DNA of 64,000 nucleotides from an uncultured Bacilli bacterium (GTDB taxonomy: Bacteria > Bacillota_I > Bacilli_A > RF39 > UBA660). This document shows positions 43,917 through 55,012 of this stretch, one piece after another. The stretch is from assembly GCA_947626515.1 (NCBI GenBank), contig CANQSL010000001.1, forward strand, positions 35,527-99,526, given 5' to 3'. Each line of letters begins with the position of its first letter. Positions within the stretch are counted from its first letter, which is position 1. The position numbers and the translations under genes are program-made. A model generated the notes under the pieces. The model made no database searches and was not told where the DNA came from. It was given only the letters and a program-made list of their open reading frames with translations.

Positions 43917-44549
43917 ATGGAAGTAAGTGTATTTGAAGGAAAAAATTTAGAAGAATTAATTGAGAATAGTTTAAATGAATTAAACTTAACTGAAAAAGAT
44001 GTAATAATTAATTCAGAGGAAGTAAAAGCAGGACTTCTAAAAAAGAGTTCTTATAAAGTTAATATATATAAGTTAACTGATATAGCTAATTATGTTAAAG
44101 ATTATTTAAAAAATATAATTTCTTTAATGGGAATAGAAATTACATTAGAATCAAAAATAAGAGATGAGCAGATATATATTAAAATGTATAGTGAAAACAA
44201 TTCATTATTAATTGGAAAAGAAGGAAAAAATCTATCTTCCTTAACATTAATAGTTAAACAAATGTTAAATACTAAATATAATATAGCTCCACATTTAGTA
44301 TTAGATGTAGAAAATTATAAGGAACATAAAGAAAAAAGAATAGAAAGACTTGCTAAACAAATTGCAAGAGATGTTGCAAAAACAAAATTAGATGTTAAAT
44401 TAGACAATATGAATTCTTATGAAAGAAGAATTGTACATAATATTTTATCTAATAATAAATATGTTTATACAATTAGTGAAGGTGAAGAACCAAATAGACA
44501 TGTTATAGTAAAATATAAAAATGATGAAAAAATAGAAAATGCTGAATAA
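43917..44549 (+). CDS. khpB: Jag/KhpB (KH plus R3H RNA-binding) protein
   Basis: R3H region (MNSYERRIVHNILSNNKYVYTISEGEEPNRHVIV) after yidC. Confidence 0.8.
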   Translation: MEVSVFEGKNLEELIENSLNELNLTEKDVIINSEEVKAGLLKKSSYKVNIYKLTDIANYVKDYLKNIISLMGIEITLESKIRDEQIYIKMYSENNSLLIGKEGKNLSSLTLIVKQMLNTKYNIAPHLVLDVENYKEHKEKRIERLAKQIARDVAKTKLDVKLDNMNSYERRIVHNILSNNKYVYTISEGEEPNRHVIVKYKNDEKIENAE

Positions 44550-44662
44550 GCATTTTTTTAATAAAATTATTTCCCGGGAAATAATTTTATATAACATAGA
44601 ATAAATTAATTTACTTTTAAACTTAAATCTACTATAATACATTTTGTGAAGTGGTGATATAA

Positions 44663-46018
44663 ATGGATGATACAATTTGTGCAATATCAACTACATTAGG
44701 TGTTGGAGCAATATCTATAGTAAGAATTAGTGGCAAAGAATCAATAAATATTGTAGATAAAATATTTGAAGGAAAAAATCTACATAATGTTGAAAGTCAT
44801 ACAATTCATTATGGTTATATAGTGGATAATAAAAATAAAATAGATGAAGTATTAGTAACTGTTATGAAAGCTCCAAAAACATATACAAAAGAAGATATTA
44901 TAGAAATAAATTGTCATGGTGGAATAGCGACAACAAATAAAATATTAGAACTCTTATTATTAAATGGATGCAGATTAGCAGAACCAGGTGAGTTTACAAA
45001 AAGAGCGTTCTTGAATGGAAGAATAGATTTAATTGAGGCTGAATCTGTAGGAGATTTAATAAATTCTGAGACTGATAAAAAAAGAAAATTATCTTTAAAT
45101 GGAGTAACTGGAAGTATTAGCAATTTAATAAATAAAATTAGAAAAGCTTTGCTTAATATAAATGCAAATATAGAAGTTAATATCGATTATCCAGAATATG
45201 AGGATATAGAAGTTTTAACTAATAAAGAAATTAAACCAAAGATATTAAAAGTAATGGAAGACTTAGATAAATTATTAAAAGAATCTGAGAATGGAAAGAT
45301 TATCAAAAATGGAATTAATGTTGCATTGGTAGGAAAGCCAAATGTAGGGAAAAGTAGTTTATTAAATACATTATTAGAAGAAGAAAAAGCGATAGTAACT
45401 GACATAGCTGGTACAACGAGAGATATAGTAGAAGGAAAAATTGTATTAAATGGTATTGTATTAAACTTAATTGATACAGCTGGGATAAGAGATACTGAAG
45501 ATATAATAGAAAAAATAGGTGTAAATAAGAGTCAAAAAATAATAGAAAAATCCGATTTGGTTATATTAGTATTAAATTATAACGAAAAAATAACACAGAA
45601 AGAATTAGATTTAATAAATCAATTAAGAAATAAAAATTTAATAGTTTATATAAATAAAACAGATTTACAAAAAGAAATTGATATAAATGAAATAAAATGT
45701 GAAAATATTGTATTAGGTAATACATTGGATATAAAAAATTTAGAAGAATTAAAAAATAAAATAATAGAGTTATTTAATTTAGAACAAATAGAAACAAGTG
45801 ATTTTACTTATTTATCAAATTCAAGACAAATTTCTTTAGTTCGTAATGCAAAAAAATCACTTGAAAATGTACTAATTGGAATAGACAATGGAATTGAAGT
45901 AGATATGTTATTGATTGACATAAAAGAATGTATAGATTATTTAGGAGAAATAATAGGTGCGACATATAAAGAAGAATTATTAGATGAAATATTTAAAAAT
46001 TTTTGTTTAGGAAAGTAG
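44663..46018 (+). CDS. mnmE: tRNA modification GTPase MnmE
   Basis: G-domain motifs GKPNVGKSSL, DTAGIR and NKTD, plus the C-terminal CLGK. Confidence 0.9.
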   Translation: MDDTICAISTTLGVGAISIVRISGKESINIVDKIFEGKNLHNVESHTIHYGYIVDNKNKIDEVLVTVMKAPKTYTKEDIIEINCHGGIATTNKILELLLLNGCRLAEPGEFTKRAFLNGRIDLIEAESVGDLINSETDKKRKLSLNGVTGSISNLINKIRKALLNINANIEVNIDYPEYEDIEVLTNKEIKPKILKVMEDLDKLLKESENGKIIKNGINVALVGKPNVGKSSLLNTLLEEEKAIVTDIAGTTRDIVEGKIVLNGIVLNLIDTAGIRDTEDIIEKIGVNKSQKIIEKSDLVILVLNYNEKITQKELDLINQLRNKNLIVYINKTDLQKEIDINEIKCENIVLGNTLDIKNLEELKNKIIELFNLEQIETSDFTYLSNSRQISLVRNAKKSLENVLIGIDNGIEVDMLLIDIKECIDYLGEIIGATYKEELLDEIFKNFCLGK

Positions 46019-46026
46019 GTGATACA

Positions 46027-47904
46027 GTGTTTTTTGATATTATTGTAGTTGGTGGTGGACATGCTGGATGTGAAGCTAGTCATGCGACCAGTAAAATGGG
46101 ATTTAAGACAGCATTAATTACTTCAAATATAAAAAATATAGCAGATATGCCATGCAATCCTTCAATAGGTGGAACTGCTAAGGGAATAATTGTAAGGGAT
46201 ATAGATGCATTAGGCGGTCTAATGGGAATAATAGCAGATAAAAGTCATATCCAAATAAAGATGTTAAATAATGGTAAAGGTCCTGCTGTTAGATCTTTAA
46301 GAGCGCAAGCAGATAAAGTTACTTATCCTAAAAATATGCTAAAAGCATTAAAAAGTACTGAAAATTTAAAAATAATTGAAGGAATGGTTGAAGATATCAT
46401 TATTGAAAATAATAAGGTAAAAGGAATTAAATTAGAAAATGAAAAAATCATAAATTGTAATGCACTAATACTTACTACAGGCACTTATTTAAAAAGTAAA
46501 ATATTAATAGGGGATTCAAGTAAATTTGAGGGGCCACACGGAGAACGAAGATCAAATTTTTTAAGTGATAAATTAAAACAATTAGGATTTGATATTATTA
46601 GATTAAAAACAGGAACACCACAAAGATTAGATAGAAAAACAATAGATTTTTCTAAATTAAAAGAGGAAACTGGTGACGATACATATTGGGCATTTAATTG
46701 TGAAAATGAATTTTTTTATGACAAAAATAAACAAGAAAAATGCTATTTAGTCTATACAAATGAAACAACACATAAAATAATAAATGAAAATTTGGCTAAA
46801 AGTGCTATGTATGGCGGATATGCAGAAGGAATAGGTCCAAGATATTGTCCGTCTATTGAAGATAAAATAGTAAGATTTAAAGACAAAGAGAGGCATCAAT
46901 TATTTTTAGAACCGGAGAGTGTATATTATGATGATATTTATTTGCAAGGTTTTTCTACAAGCATGCCTAAAGATGTACAAGAAAAAATGGTACATAGTTT
47001 AAAAGGATTAGAAAACGCAAAAATATTAAAATATGCTTATGCGATAGAGTATGATGCGATTAATCCGTTACAATTAAAACCGTCTTTAGAAACTAAAATA
47101 ATAGAAAATTTATTTACTGCAGGACAAATTAATGGTACAAGTGGATATGAAGAGGCAGCGGGTCAAGGTATAATAGCGGGAATAAATGCTGGAAGAAAAT
47201 TACAAAATAAAGAACCTCTAATTTTAAAAAGAAATGAATCGTATATTGGAGTATTAATAGATGATTTAGTAACTAAGGGTACTAAAGAACCATATAGAAT
47301 GCTTACAAGCCGTGCTGAATTTAGGTTGCTTTTAAGGCATGATAATGCTGATTTGCGATTAAGAAAATATGGTTACGAAGTTGGCCTTATTAATGAAGAA
47401 AAATATCACAAATTAAAAGAAAAAGAAAAGAATATAGATAAACTATTAAATGAACTAAAAGAAGAAAAAATAACAAAAAAGAATATTACACAAAATATAT
47501 TAAATAAAATAAATAAAGATGATAATTTTAATACTAGTATCAGTTTATATGATTTTTTAAAGAGACCAGAAATAAATATGGAATTATTATTGAATGAAAA
47601 TATAATAGAAAAAAAATATACTAATGAAATATACCAACAAGTAGAAATATTAATTAAATATGAAGGATACATAAAAAAAGAATTAAAAGAAGTAGAAAAA
47701 TTGTTAAAATTAGAATCTAAGAAAATACCTAAAGATATAGATTATGATAAGATTTCAAATCTTGCAAGTGAAGCAAAACAAAAATTAAAAGAAATAAGAC
47801 CATTGACACTTGCACAAGCCGCTAGAATTAGTGGAGTAAATCCTTCGGATTTATCTATACTTGCAATATATTTAAAAAAGGAATATGGTAAAGATGAACT
47901 TTGA
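46027..47904 (+). CDS. mnmG: tRNA uridine 5-carboxymethylaminomethyl modification enzyme MnmG
   Basis: FAD motif DIIVVGGGHAGCEA. Probable GTG start at 46027 with an aGGTGa RBS, whereas the track start at 46003 is a TTG overlapping mnmE. Confidence 0.9.
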   Translation: MFFDIIVVGGGHAGCEASHATSKMGFKTALITSNIKNIADMPCNPSIGGTAKGIIVRDIDALGGLMGIIADKSHIQIKMLNNGKGPAVRSLRAQADKVTYPKNMLKALKSTENLKIIEGMVEDIIIENNKVKGIKLENEKIINCNALILTTGTYLKSKILIGDSSKFEGPHGERRSNFLSDKLKQLGFDIIRLKTGTPQRLDRKTIDFSKLKEETGDDTYWAFNCENEFFYDKNKQEKCYLVYTNETTHKIINENLAKSAMYGGYAEGIGPRYCPSIEDKIVRFKDKERHQLFLEPESVYYDDIYLQGFSTSMPKDVQEKMVHSLKGLENAKILKYAYAIEYDAINPLQLKPSLETKIIENLFTAGQINGTSGYEEAAGQGIIAGINAGRKLQNKEPLILKRNESYIGVLIDDLVTKGTKEPYRMLTSRAEFRLLLRHDNADLRLRKYGYEVGLINEEKYHKLKEKEKNIDKLLNELKEEKITKKNITQNILNKINKDDNFNTSISLYDFLKRPEINMELLLNENIIEKKYTNEIYQQVEILIKYEGYIKKELKEVEKLLKLESKKIPKDIDYDKISNLASEAKQKLKEIRPLTLAQAARISGVNPSDLSILAIYLKKEYGKDEL

Positions 47905-48598
47905 TGAATTTTATGAAGATTTAAGTAAAATAAATATTATTTTATCCAATGAACAAAAAGAACTATTAAAGATTTATTATGAATTTTTAATAGAATATAA
48001 TGCCCATACAAATTTAACTAGTATTACAAATGCAGAAGAAGTATATTATAAACATTTTTATGATTCTATATTATTATCTCAAGTATATGATTTAAAAAAG
48101 TGTAATTATTTACTAGATATAGGCACAGGTGCAGGATTTCCAGGGGTAGTATTAAAAATTTTATATCCAAATATAAAGTTAACATTATTAGATTCTAATA
48201 ACAAAAAAACAACTTTTTTAGCAGAATTAAATAAAAAATTACAATTAGATAATATAGAAATAACAAATGAAAGAGCAGAAGACTTTATTAAAAATAGAAG
48301 AGAATATTATGATATAGTAACAGCACGTGCTGTTAAAAATTTGCCAGTATTAATAGAATTATCTATTCCTTATGTTAAAGTTGATGGATATTTTATTGCA
48401 ATGAAATCAAATTTTGAGGATGAACTAAATAATAGTTTAAAAGGAATAAATATACTTGGTGGGAAATATGAAAAAACATATGAATTTTCTTTGCCAAAGA
48501 ATTACGGGCTAAGAAATTTAATAAAAATAAAAAAGGTAGAAAAAACGAATATAAAATATCCAAGAAATTACAATAAAATAATAAAAATGCCACTATAA
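47885..48598 (+). CDS. rsmG: 16S rRNA m7G527 methyltransferase RsmG
   Basis: SAM motif LLDIGTGAGFPG, conserved mnmG-rsmG order. Confidence 0.85.
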   Translation: MVKMNFDEFYEDLSKINIILSNEQKELLKIYYEFLIEYNAHTNLTSITNAEEVYYKHFYDSILLSQVYDLKKCNYLLDIGTGAGFPGVVLKILYPNIKLTLLDSNNKKTTFLAELNKKLQLDNIEITNERAEDFIKNRREYYDIVTARAVKNLPVLIELSIPYVKVDGYFIAMKSNFEDELNNSLKGINILGGKYEKTYEFSLPKNYGLRNLIKIKKVEKTNIKYPRNYNKIIKMPL

Positions 48599-48715
48599 AA
48601 GACTTTATTATATTAAAAATAATAAGTTTTTTTAATTTATATAATTTGGGAAATATTTTTCTTGAAAAAATAATGAAAATAAAGTATTATTAAATAAAGA
48701 ATAGGAGTAGGGGAA

Positions 48716-49765
48716 ATGAATGTAGAATCACAAGTACAATATATAAATGTTGAGAACATTATACCTAATAGATTTCAACCAAGACTTACATTTGATGAAA
48801 ATGCTTTAAGAGACTTAGCAAGTTCAATAAAAGAACATGGAATAATTCAACCTTTGGTGTTGAGAAAATTATCTGAAGACAAATTTGAGATTATAGCAGG
48901 AGAGAGAAGATATAAAGCAGCTCAAATTGCAGGATTAGAAAATGTTCCCGCTATTATTGCAAATTTAGATGACAATGCTTCTGCAGAAGTTGCATTAGTT
49001 GAAAATTTGCAAAGGAAAGATTTATCTCCAATAGAAAAAGCTAAATCTTATGAAAAGCTTTTAAATAGAGGAAATACTCAAGAAGAACTTGCAAAAAAAA
49101 TGGGTGTTTCTCAATCTTCAATTGCAAATACTATAAGATTATTAAACTTAGAACCAGAAACTCAAGATGCTTTGATGAAAGAAAAAATATCTGAAAGACA
49201 TGCTAGAAGCTTATTGCAAATAAAAGATCATGATAAACAGATTGAAATGTTAAATAAAATTATAAATGAAAGATTAACTGTTAGGCAGTTAGATGAACAA
49301 ATAAAAAAAATGAATGATGCACCAGAAATGGAAAGTTTTTCACTAACAGAAGCAATTGATAATCTTCCAGAAATGGAAACTTTTAGTATTGAAGATAAAC
49401 CAGTTTTAGAATCAGAGAATATAGAAGATTCAAAAGAAGTTGTAGCAATTGATGAAACTGAAGATTTACAAGATGCTATTAATGATTTAGATATTTCTAA
49501 ATTAATTGAGAATGCTCAAAAAGATTTAAAAAATAAATATGAAATATACGATATTCCAACTGCTGAAGAAGCTTCTAATGATGACGAAAAGAAAGAAGAT
49601 ATAAATATAGATAATTCTCTAAAAATTGAGAATGGAAATTTAGATTCAGTTATAAATGCAATAAAAGAATTAGAAGAAAAAATATCTCAAGCGGGCTTTA
49701 AAATTGATACAGAAGACTACGATTTTGAAGATTTATATCAAATAATAATAAAAATTGAAAAATAA
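48716..49765 (+). CDS. parB: ParB/Spo0J (or Noc)-family partition protein with acidic C-terminal extension
   Basis: ParB box IIAGERRYKAAQIAGLENVPAII and an HTH (ELAKKMGVSQSSIANTI). No adjacent parA. Confidence 0.75.
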   Translation: MNVESQVQYINVENIIPNRFQPRLTFDENALRDLASSIKEHGIIQPLVLRKLSEDKFEIIAGERRYKAAQIAGLENVPAIIANLDDNASAEVALVENLQRKDLSPIEKAKSYEKLLNRGNTQEELAKKMGVSQSSIANTIRLLNLEPETQDALMKEKISERHARSLLQIKDHDKQIEMLNKIINERLTVRQLDEQIKKMNDAPEMESFSLTEAIDNLPEMETFSIEDKPVLESENIEDSKEVVAIDETEDLQDAINDLDISKLIENAQKDLKNKYEIYDIPTAEEASNDDEKKEDINIDNSLKIENGNLDSVINAIKELEEKISQAGFKIDTEDYDFEDLYQIIIKIEK

Positions 49766-49796
49766 CTTTCAATTTTTTGTTGGAAAAAAATATTTT

Positions 49797-51716
49797 TTAT
49801 TCACTAGGTTCTGTACCTTTTAAAAAGTAAAATAATGCACCTTTTCCATTATCAACATACTCTCCAGTTACGGGGTCTAAATATACAGCTTCAACATTTT
49901 GTGGTTTTTTATACCAAGATGAGTCTTTATCTTTAAGATATCCTTCTACAGAATCTACCCATATACTTTTAGTTATTTTTGAATAAGTTGATTCAACATT
50001 TAAATTATTATCATTACCTGTCCAAACTAAACATAGAATATCTGGATTATATCCAACTAGCCAATAATCATTATCTGTTGTACCACTTTTTAATGCATAT
50101 TTTCTAGTTAATTTATCAGCAATAGAAAGGACAGTTGGAGAATTATAACTTATAAATTTAGAATTGTATGTATTAGACATCATCTCATTTAAAATATATA
50201 AATAATTTGTATTTAAAACTAAATCTTTTGTTTGTTTGTGTTGATAGAGTATATTACCATTTAAATCTTCAATTTTTTCTATAAAATATATATCATTTTT
50301 ATAACCTCCGCTTGCTAAAGTATTATAAGCGTTAGCGTAATCTAATAAATTTATTTCTGTAGCGCCTAAAGCTAAAGAAGGTAAAGCTTCTAATTTTTCT
50401 TTTAAACCTACTAATTTCATAGTATCAACTAATTTATCTTCACCCAAAAATAAATGTGTTTTTACAGCAAAAATATTATCTGAATAAGCAAGTGCAGCGG
50501 ACATTGTTATTTCCTTATTTGCATATCTTTTTGCATAATTAGTTGGAGAATAGGTTTTATTGTTAGAAAAAACAAAGGTAGTTTCTTCACTTAGAAATTT
50601 GGATGCACTAGTTAAGTTATTTTCTAAAGCAGTGTAATATAGAAAGGGCTTTATAGTTGAACCCACTTGTCTTTTTGCCATAATAGCTCTATTATATTGA
50701 CTGGTTTTATAGTCTTTTCCTCCAGCTAAAGCTATTATTTTTCCTGAAGTTGGTTCAATCATTATACTAGCTACTTGCGTATCGTCATCTTTCATATTGT
50801 TTATAATGGATTCTTCTAATTTAGTTTGAGCAGAAATATCTAAATTAGTATATATTTTTAATCCTCCGGAATCAATTAGACTTTCAGGAATACCATTTAG
50901 AGTTTCTAGTTCGTCTATTACGGCGTCTTGATAATACATTAAAGTCTGTAGATTATTAGTTGTGCTTTTCCCATAAATTTCTAATTTGTTCTTAAATAAA
51001 TTGTTATATGTTTCACGGTCTATTTTTTTGTTATTTAGCATGCTTAATGCAACAATTTTTGCTCTTTCTATAGATTCGTCATAATTTGATATAGGGTTAT
51101 AATTATTTGGAGATTTCGGAATACCTGCTAAAATAATAGCCTCTTCTAAAGATAAATCGCTAGCTTTTTTATTAAAATAATATTGACTAGCTTCACTAAT
51201 TCCAAAACAACCTTGTCCAAAGTTTATAGTATTTATATATCCTTCTAATATTTCATTTTTATCATAATGTGTTTCGAGCTTTATTGTAAGAAATGCTTCT
51301 TGGATTTTTCTTGACCAAGTTTGATCAAATGTTAAATACATATTTTTAATATATTGTTGACTTATTGTACTTCCACCTTGTGTTATATGTCCATTTTTAA
51401 TATTTAAATACATAGATTTCGCTATTCGAGGTATATCAAATCCTAAATGATTGAAAAAATGTTTATCTTCTGTACTTATAACTGCATCTAAATAGTATTG
51501 ACTAACATCATTTAAATTTACCCATTCACTATTTCCAGAACCTTGATATACTAATTTATTATTATTGTCATAAATGTATAATGAGTTAGACGATTTTAAA
51601 TCTATACCAGGAGATAAATATGCATAAACATATAAGCCTCCAATGCATACAATAAAAGTGATTATAATAAAAATAAGTGATTTAAACAAAAATATAATCT
51701 TTTTCAAAATACTCAC
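49797..51716 (-). CDS. Class A penicillin-binding protein (transglycosylase/transpeptidase)
   Basis: GT51 motif QGGSTISQQY and transpeptidase motifs STIKP, SDN and KSGTT. N-terminal TM anchor. Confidence 0.8.
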   Translation of the reverse strand: MSILKKIIFLFKSLIFIIITFIVCIGGLYVYAYLSPGIDLKSSNSLYIYDNNNKLVYQGSGNSEWVNLNDVSQYYLDAVISTEDKHFFNHLGFDIPRIAKSMYLNIKNGHITQGGSTISQQYIKNMYLTFDQTWSRKIQEAFLTIKLETHYDKNEILEGYINTINFGQGCFGISEASQYYFNKKASDLSLEEAIILAGIPKSPNNYNPISNYDESIERAKIVALSMLNNKKIDRETYNNLFKNKLEIYGKSTTNNLQTLMYYQDAVIDELETLNGIPESLIDSGGLKIYTNLDISAQTKLEESIINNMKDDDTQVASIMIEPTSGKIIALAGGKDYKTSQYNRAIMAKRQVGSTIKPFLYYTALENNLTSASKFLSEETTFVFSNNKTYSPTNYAKRYANKEITMSAALAYSDNIFAVKTHLFLGEDKLVDTMKLVGLKEKLEALPSLALGATEINLLDYANAYNTLASGGYKNDIYFIEKIEDLNGNILYQHKQTKDLVLNTNYLYILNEMMSNTYNSKFISYNSPTVLSIADKLTRKYALKSGTTDNDYWLVGYNPDILCLVWTGNDNNLNVESTYSKITKSIWVDSVEGYLKDKDSSWYKKPQNVEAVYLDPVTGEYVDNGKGALFYFLKGTEPSE

Positions 51717-51791
51717 CTAAAAATATTATGTAAAAAAAAACTATAATTATAAGTGCAAATATGATAGAATGTTACATAAAAGGAAGTCATT

Positions 51792-52127
51792 ATGGTTAAT
51801 ATTAAATTTTTATTAGAGAAAAATAAAGATACAATTATTTATGAAGAAATTTTAGGGATATATCAAAATAATAAATTAATGTTTAATTTAAACAATGATA
51901 AATATACTATAACTAAAGAAAAATTTATTAAAGAAACAAAAGATAATAAAATTGTATTTGACTTTTTAAAACGGGAAGCAATGATAGTATTAAAAGAAAA
52001 TAATATGAATTTATATGTAAGCATAGAAATTAAGAAGTTTGTATTTGAAAATAGTTATATAGAAATAATATATAGAATAGAAACAGAAGATGATACTTAT
52101 AATTGCATAAAAATAGAATATAAATAA
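51792..52127 (+). CDS. Small hypothetical protein, possibly DUF1934/YwiB-like (precedes rpoE as in Bacillus)
   Basis: Position upstream of rpoE; no motif assignable. Confidence 0.3.
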   Translation: MVNIKFLLEKNKDTIIYEEILGIYQNNKLMFNLNNDKYTITKEKFIKETKDNKIVFDFLKREAMIVLKENNMNLYVSIEIKKFVFENSYIEIIYRIETEDDTYNCIKIEYK

Positions 52128-52206
52128 AGTAGTTGACAATAATATATGTTGTGATAAAATTATATTTGTTTTAAATACCTATTTAGTATTTAATGTGGAG
52201 GTTATT

Positions 52207-52635
52207 ATGAAATCAATAAAATTAACAGATGAAGAGTTAGCAACTATGTCATATGATGATGTTGCGTATATGATACTTGAAAATAACAAGAAAAAAATGA
52301 AGATACAAGATTTATTTAAAGAAGTTATTAAAACAATGCATTTGGACGATAGTGCATTTGAAAATCATTTAGCAGACTTCTTCGAACTTTTATCAACGGA
52401 CAAAAAATTTATAATGCTTGAAAATGGATATTGGGATTTAAAAATCAATCATTCTACTAAAATAGTAATAGATGATGACGATGAAGATGAAATAATAGAA
52501 GAAGAAACAGAAGATGAAGAAACAGAAGATGAAGATATAAATTATGATGAAGAAGTAATAGATGATGATGATACTGAAGATGAATTAAAAGATTTAGTAA
52601 TTATGGACGAATCAGAAGAAAGTGAACCTGCATAA
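52207..52635 (+). CDS. rpoE: DNA-directed RNA polymerase subunit delta
   Basis: N-terminal HARE-HTH-like domain ([19 protein letters not shown]) followed by a long Asp/Glu-rich tail. GTGGAGG RBS. Confidence 0.75.
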   Translation: MKSIKLTDEELATMSYDDVAYMILENNKKKMKIQDLFKEVIKTMHLDDSAFENHLADFFELLSTDKKFIMLENGYWDLKINHSTKIVIDDDDEDEIIEEETEDEETEDEDINYDEEVIDDDDTEDELKDLVIMDESEESEPA

Positions 52636-52646
52636 GAGGAGAACTT

Positions 52647-53717
52647 ATGATAGAAAGATTAAATATTATAAAAAAAAGGTATGATGAAATATCGCAAGAA
52701 CTGACAAATCCGGATATAATCAACGACTATGCAAAAATGAAACAGTTATCTATAGAAAAAAGCAATATAGAACCTACCGTAAATGCATATGAAGAATTAA
52801 TAGGTATTAATGACGAATTAGATGGATTAAATGAAATGCTAAATGATGAAGAGATGGCATCAATAGCAAGAGAAGAAATAGCTGCATTAGAAAAAAGAAA
52901 AGAAGATTTACTTAAGGAAATAGAGATTTTATTGATTCCAAAAGATGAAAATGATGGCAAAGATATAATAATGGAAATAAGAGGAGCAGCTGGTGGAGAT
53001 GAGGCAAATATTTTTGCTGGAGATTTATTTAGGATGTATTCAAAATATGCAGAGAAAAATAATTGGAAAATTGAAGTAAGCAATGCAGAAGAAGGAACTT
53101 CTGGAGGATATTCACAAATTGAGTTTTCTATAAAGGGAGAAAATGTATATAGTAAATTAAAATTTGAAAGTGGTTCACATAGAGTTCAAAGAGTACCAGC
53201 AACTGAAACACAAGGAAGAGTTCATACATCTACTGCAACGGTATTAGTAATGCCAGAAGCCGATGAATTTGATTTTGAATTAGATATGAATGAAGTAAGG
53301 ATTGATATAACGCGTTCTAGTGGATGTGGTGGTCAAGGAGTAAATACTACTGATTCAGCTGTAAGATTAACTCATATTCCTACAGGTATTATAGTTTATT
53401 CTCAAACTGAAAGAAGTCAAATAAAAAACAAAGAAAAAGCAATTAAAATATTAAAAACTCGTCTTTATGATAAAAAATTAAAAGAATTAGAAGAAGCAGA
53501 GGGAGCAGAAAGAAGACAGAAAATAGGAACAGGAGATCGTTCAGAAAAAATAAGGACATATAATTATCCTCAAAATAGAGTAACTGATCACCGAATTAAT
53601 TTTAGTGTAATGAATTTGGATAAAGTTATGGAAGGTAATATTGATGACATAATTGAAGCTTTAATAACTGAAGATCAAAGGTTGAAATTAGAAGGAAATA
53701 ATGAACAAACCAAATAA
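52647..53717 (+). CDS. prfA: Peptide chain release factor 1
   Basis: GGQ motif ([19 protein letters not shown]) and a PxT-region equivalent. Confidence 0.9.
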   Translation: MIERLNIIKKRYDEISQELTNPDIINDYAKMKQLSIEKSNIEPTVNAYEELIGINDELDGLNEMLNDEEMASIAREEIAALEKRKEDLLKEIEILLIPKDENDGKDIIMEIRGAAGGDEANIFAGDLFRMYSKYAEKNNWKIEVSNAEEGTSGGYSQIEFSIKGENVYSKLKFESGSHRVQRVPATETQGRVHTSTATVLVMPEADEFDFELDMNEVRIDITRSSGCGGQGVNTTDSAVRLTHIPTGIIVYSQTERSQIKNKEKAIKILKTRLYDKKLKELEEAEGAERRQKIGTGDRSEKIRTYNYPQNRVTDHRINFSVMNLDKVMEGNIDDIIEALITEDQRLKLEGNNEQTK

Positions 53718-54435
53718 TATTACTCAAAATGATTGGAATTTACTTACAGAAAAATATAAAGTTATACATAAGATAGAAAAAAAATTAAATAAGAACTATC
53801 CAGTACAATATTTAATTGGAAATGTTGATTTTTATGGCTATTCCATTTTAGTAAATAAGAATGTATTAATCCCAAGATTTGAAACTGAAACTTTAATAGA
53901 AAAAACAATAAGTTATATAAAAAAATATAAATTAGAAAAATCTAATGTTTTGGAATTAGGAACTGGAAGTGGATGTATATCAATAGTATTAAAAAAAGAA
54001 ATTCCTTCTTTAAATATTGAAGCGTTAGAGATAAGTTCAAAAGCCTTAAAAGTAGCTAAAAAAAATGCTGTAATTAATAAAGTAACAATAAATTTTATAA
54101 AAAAAGATTTATTTAAATTTAAACCAAAAAATAAATATGATATTTTGATATCAAATCCTCCATATGTTAAATATGATGATATAGTTAGTGAAAATATTAA
54201 ATATGAACCAAAAAAAGCTATATATGCAAGTGATAATGGTTTAAAATATTATAAATTTATTTTGCCTTACTATAAAAAATTTATGAATAAAAAAAGTATT
54301 TTAGCTTTTGAAATTGGATATAAGGATGGAGAAATATTAAAAAAATTAGCTGTTAAAGAATTTATAAAATCTAAAGTAATTATAGAAAAAGATTTATCTG
54401 GTAAAGATAGATATCTATTTATTATTAATGAATAA
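53701..54435 (+). CDS. prmC: Release-factor glutamine N5-methyltransferase PrmC/HemK
   Basis: NPPYV catalytic motif and SAM motif [12 protein letters not shown]. Overlaps the prfA end. Confidence 0.85.
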   Translation: MNKPNNITQNDWNLLTEKYKVIHKIEKKLNKNYPVQYLIGNVDFYGYSILVNKNVLIPRFETETLIEKTISYIKKYKLEKSNVLELGTGSGCISIVLKKEIPSLNIEALEISSKALKVAKKNAVINKVTINFIKKDLFKFKPKNKYDILISNPPYVKYDDIVSENIKYEPKKAIYASDNGLKYYKFILPYYKKFMNKKSILAFEIGYKDGEILKKLAVKEFIKSKVIIEKDLSGKDRYLFIINE

Positions 54436-54444
54436 AACAAAATA

Positions 54445-54482
54445 ACACAACCCATATATATTATGAAAGGTTGTGTTTTTTA
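54445..54482 (+). terminator. Rho-independent terminator after prmC
   Basis: ACACAACC...GGTTGTGT stem followed by TTTTTT. The annotated spoIIR GTG start lies within the 3' stem. Confidence 0.45.
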
Positions 54483-54991
54483 TAAAAAAAATATTGATAA
54501 TACTAAGTATAATAATTTTAATTTGTATAAGTAATAAAGAATCTGAGAATATAATTATACCAGATGAAGCTATAAGAGTTAGAATAATAGCTAATAGCAA
54601 TAGTTTAGAAGATCAATTAGAAAAACTTAACGTAAAAAATAGCATAGAAAAAGAGTTATATTCTAGCGTGAATAAAGTTAATAATATTAGTGAAGCAAGG
54701 GCTAATGTGAATGATGTTATAGGAAATTTAAAAAAACAAATTAATAAAATTTATAGTAAAGATTATGATATCAACTATGGATTAAATTACTTTCCTCAAA
54801 AAGAACTTTATGGAATAAAATATAAGGAGGGAATGTATGAATCTTTAGTTATAACTTTAGGTGAAGGAAAAGGGGAAAATTGGTGGTGCGTTTTATTTCC
54901 TCCATTATGTACTATCAATGTAATAGATAATAATAATGCTAATATAGAGTATAAATCAAAAGTTTTAGAAATATTAAATGAATATAAATAA
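54473..54991 (+). CDS. spoIIR: Stage II sporulation protein R
   Basis: Signal peptide plus the IRVRIIANSNSLEDQ motif (SpoIIR signature IRLHVVANSDS-like). Confidence 0.65.
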   Translation: MFFIKKILIILSIIILICISNKESENIIIPDEAIRVRIIANSNSLEDQLEKLNVKNSIEKELYSSVNKVNNISEARANVNDVIGNLKKQINKIYSKDYDINYGLNYFPQKELYGIKYKEGMYESLVITLGEGKGENWWCVLFPPLCTINVIDNNNANIEYKSKVLEILNEYK

Positions 54992-55012
54992 TAATATTAT
55001 GTAGGTGATCAA

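Noticed and set aside
48600-49800. parA/soj between rsmG and parB
   Set aside because: Looked for a Walker A (KGGVGKT) ORF; none present. The spacer is only about 117 nt.
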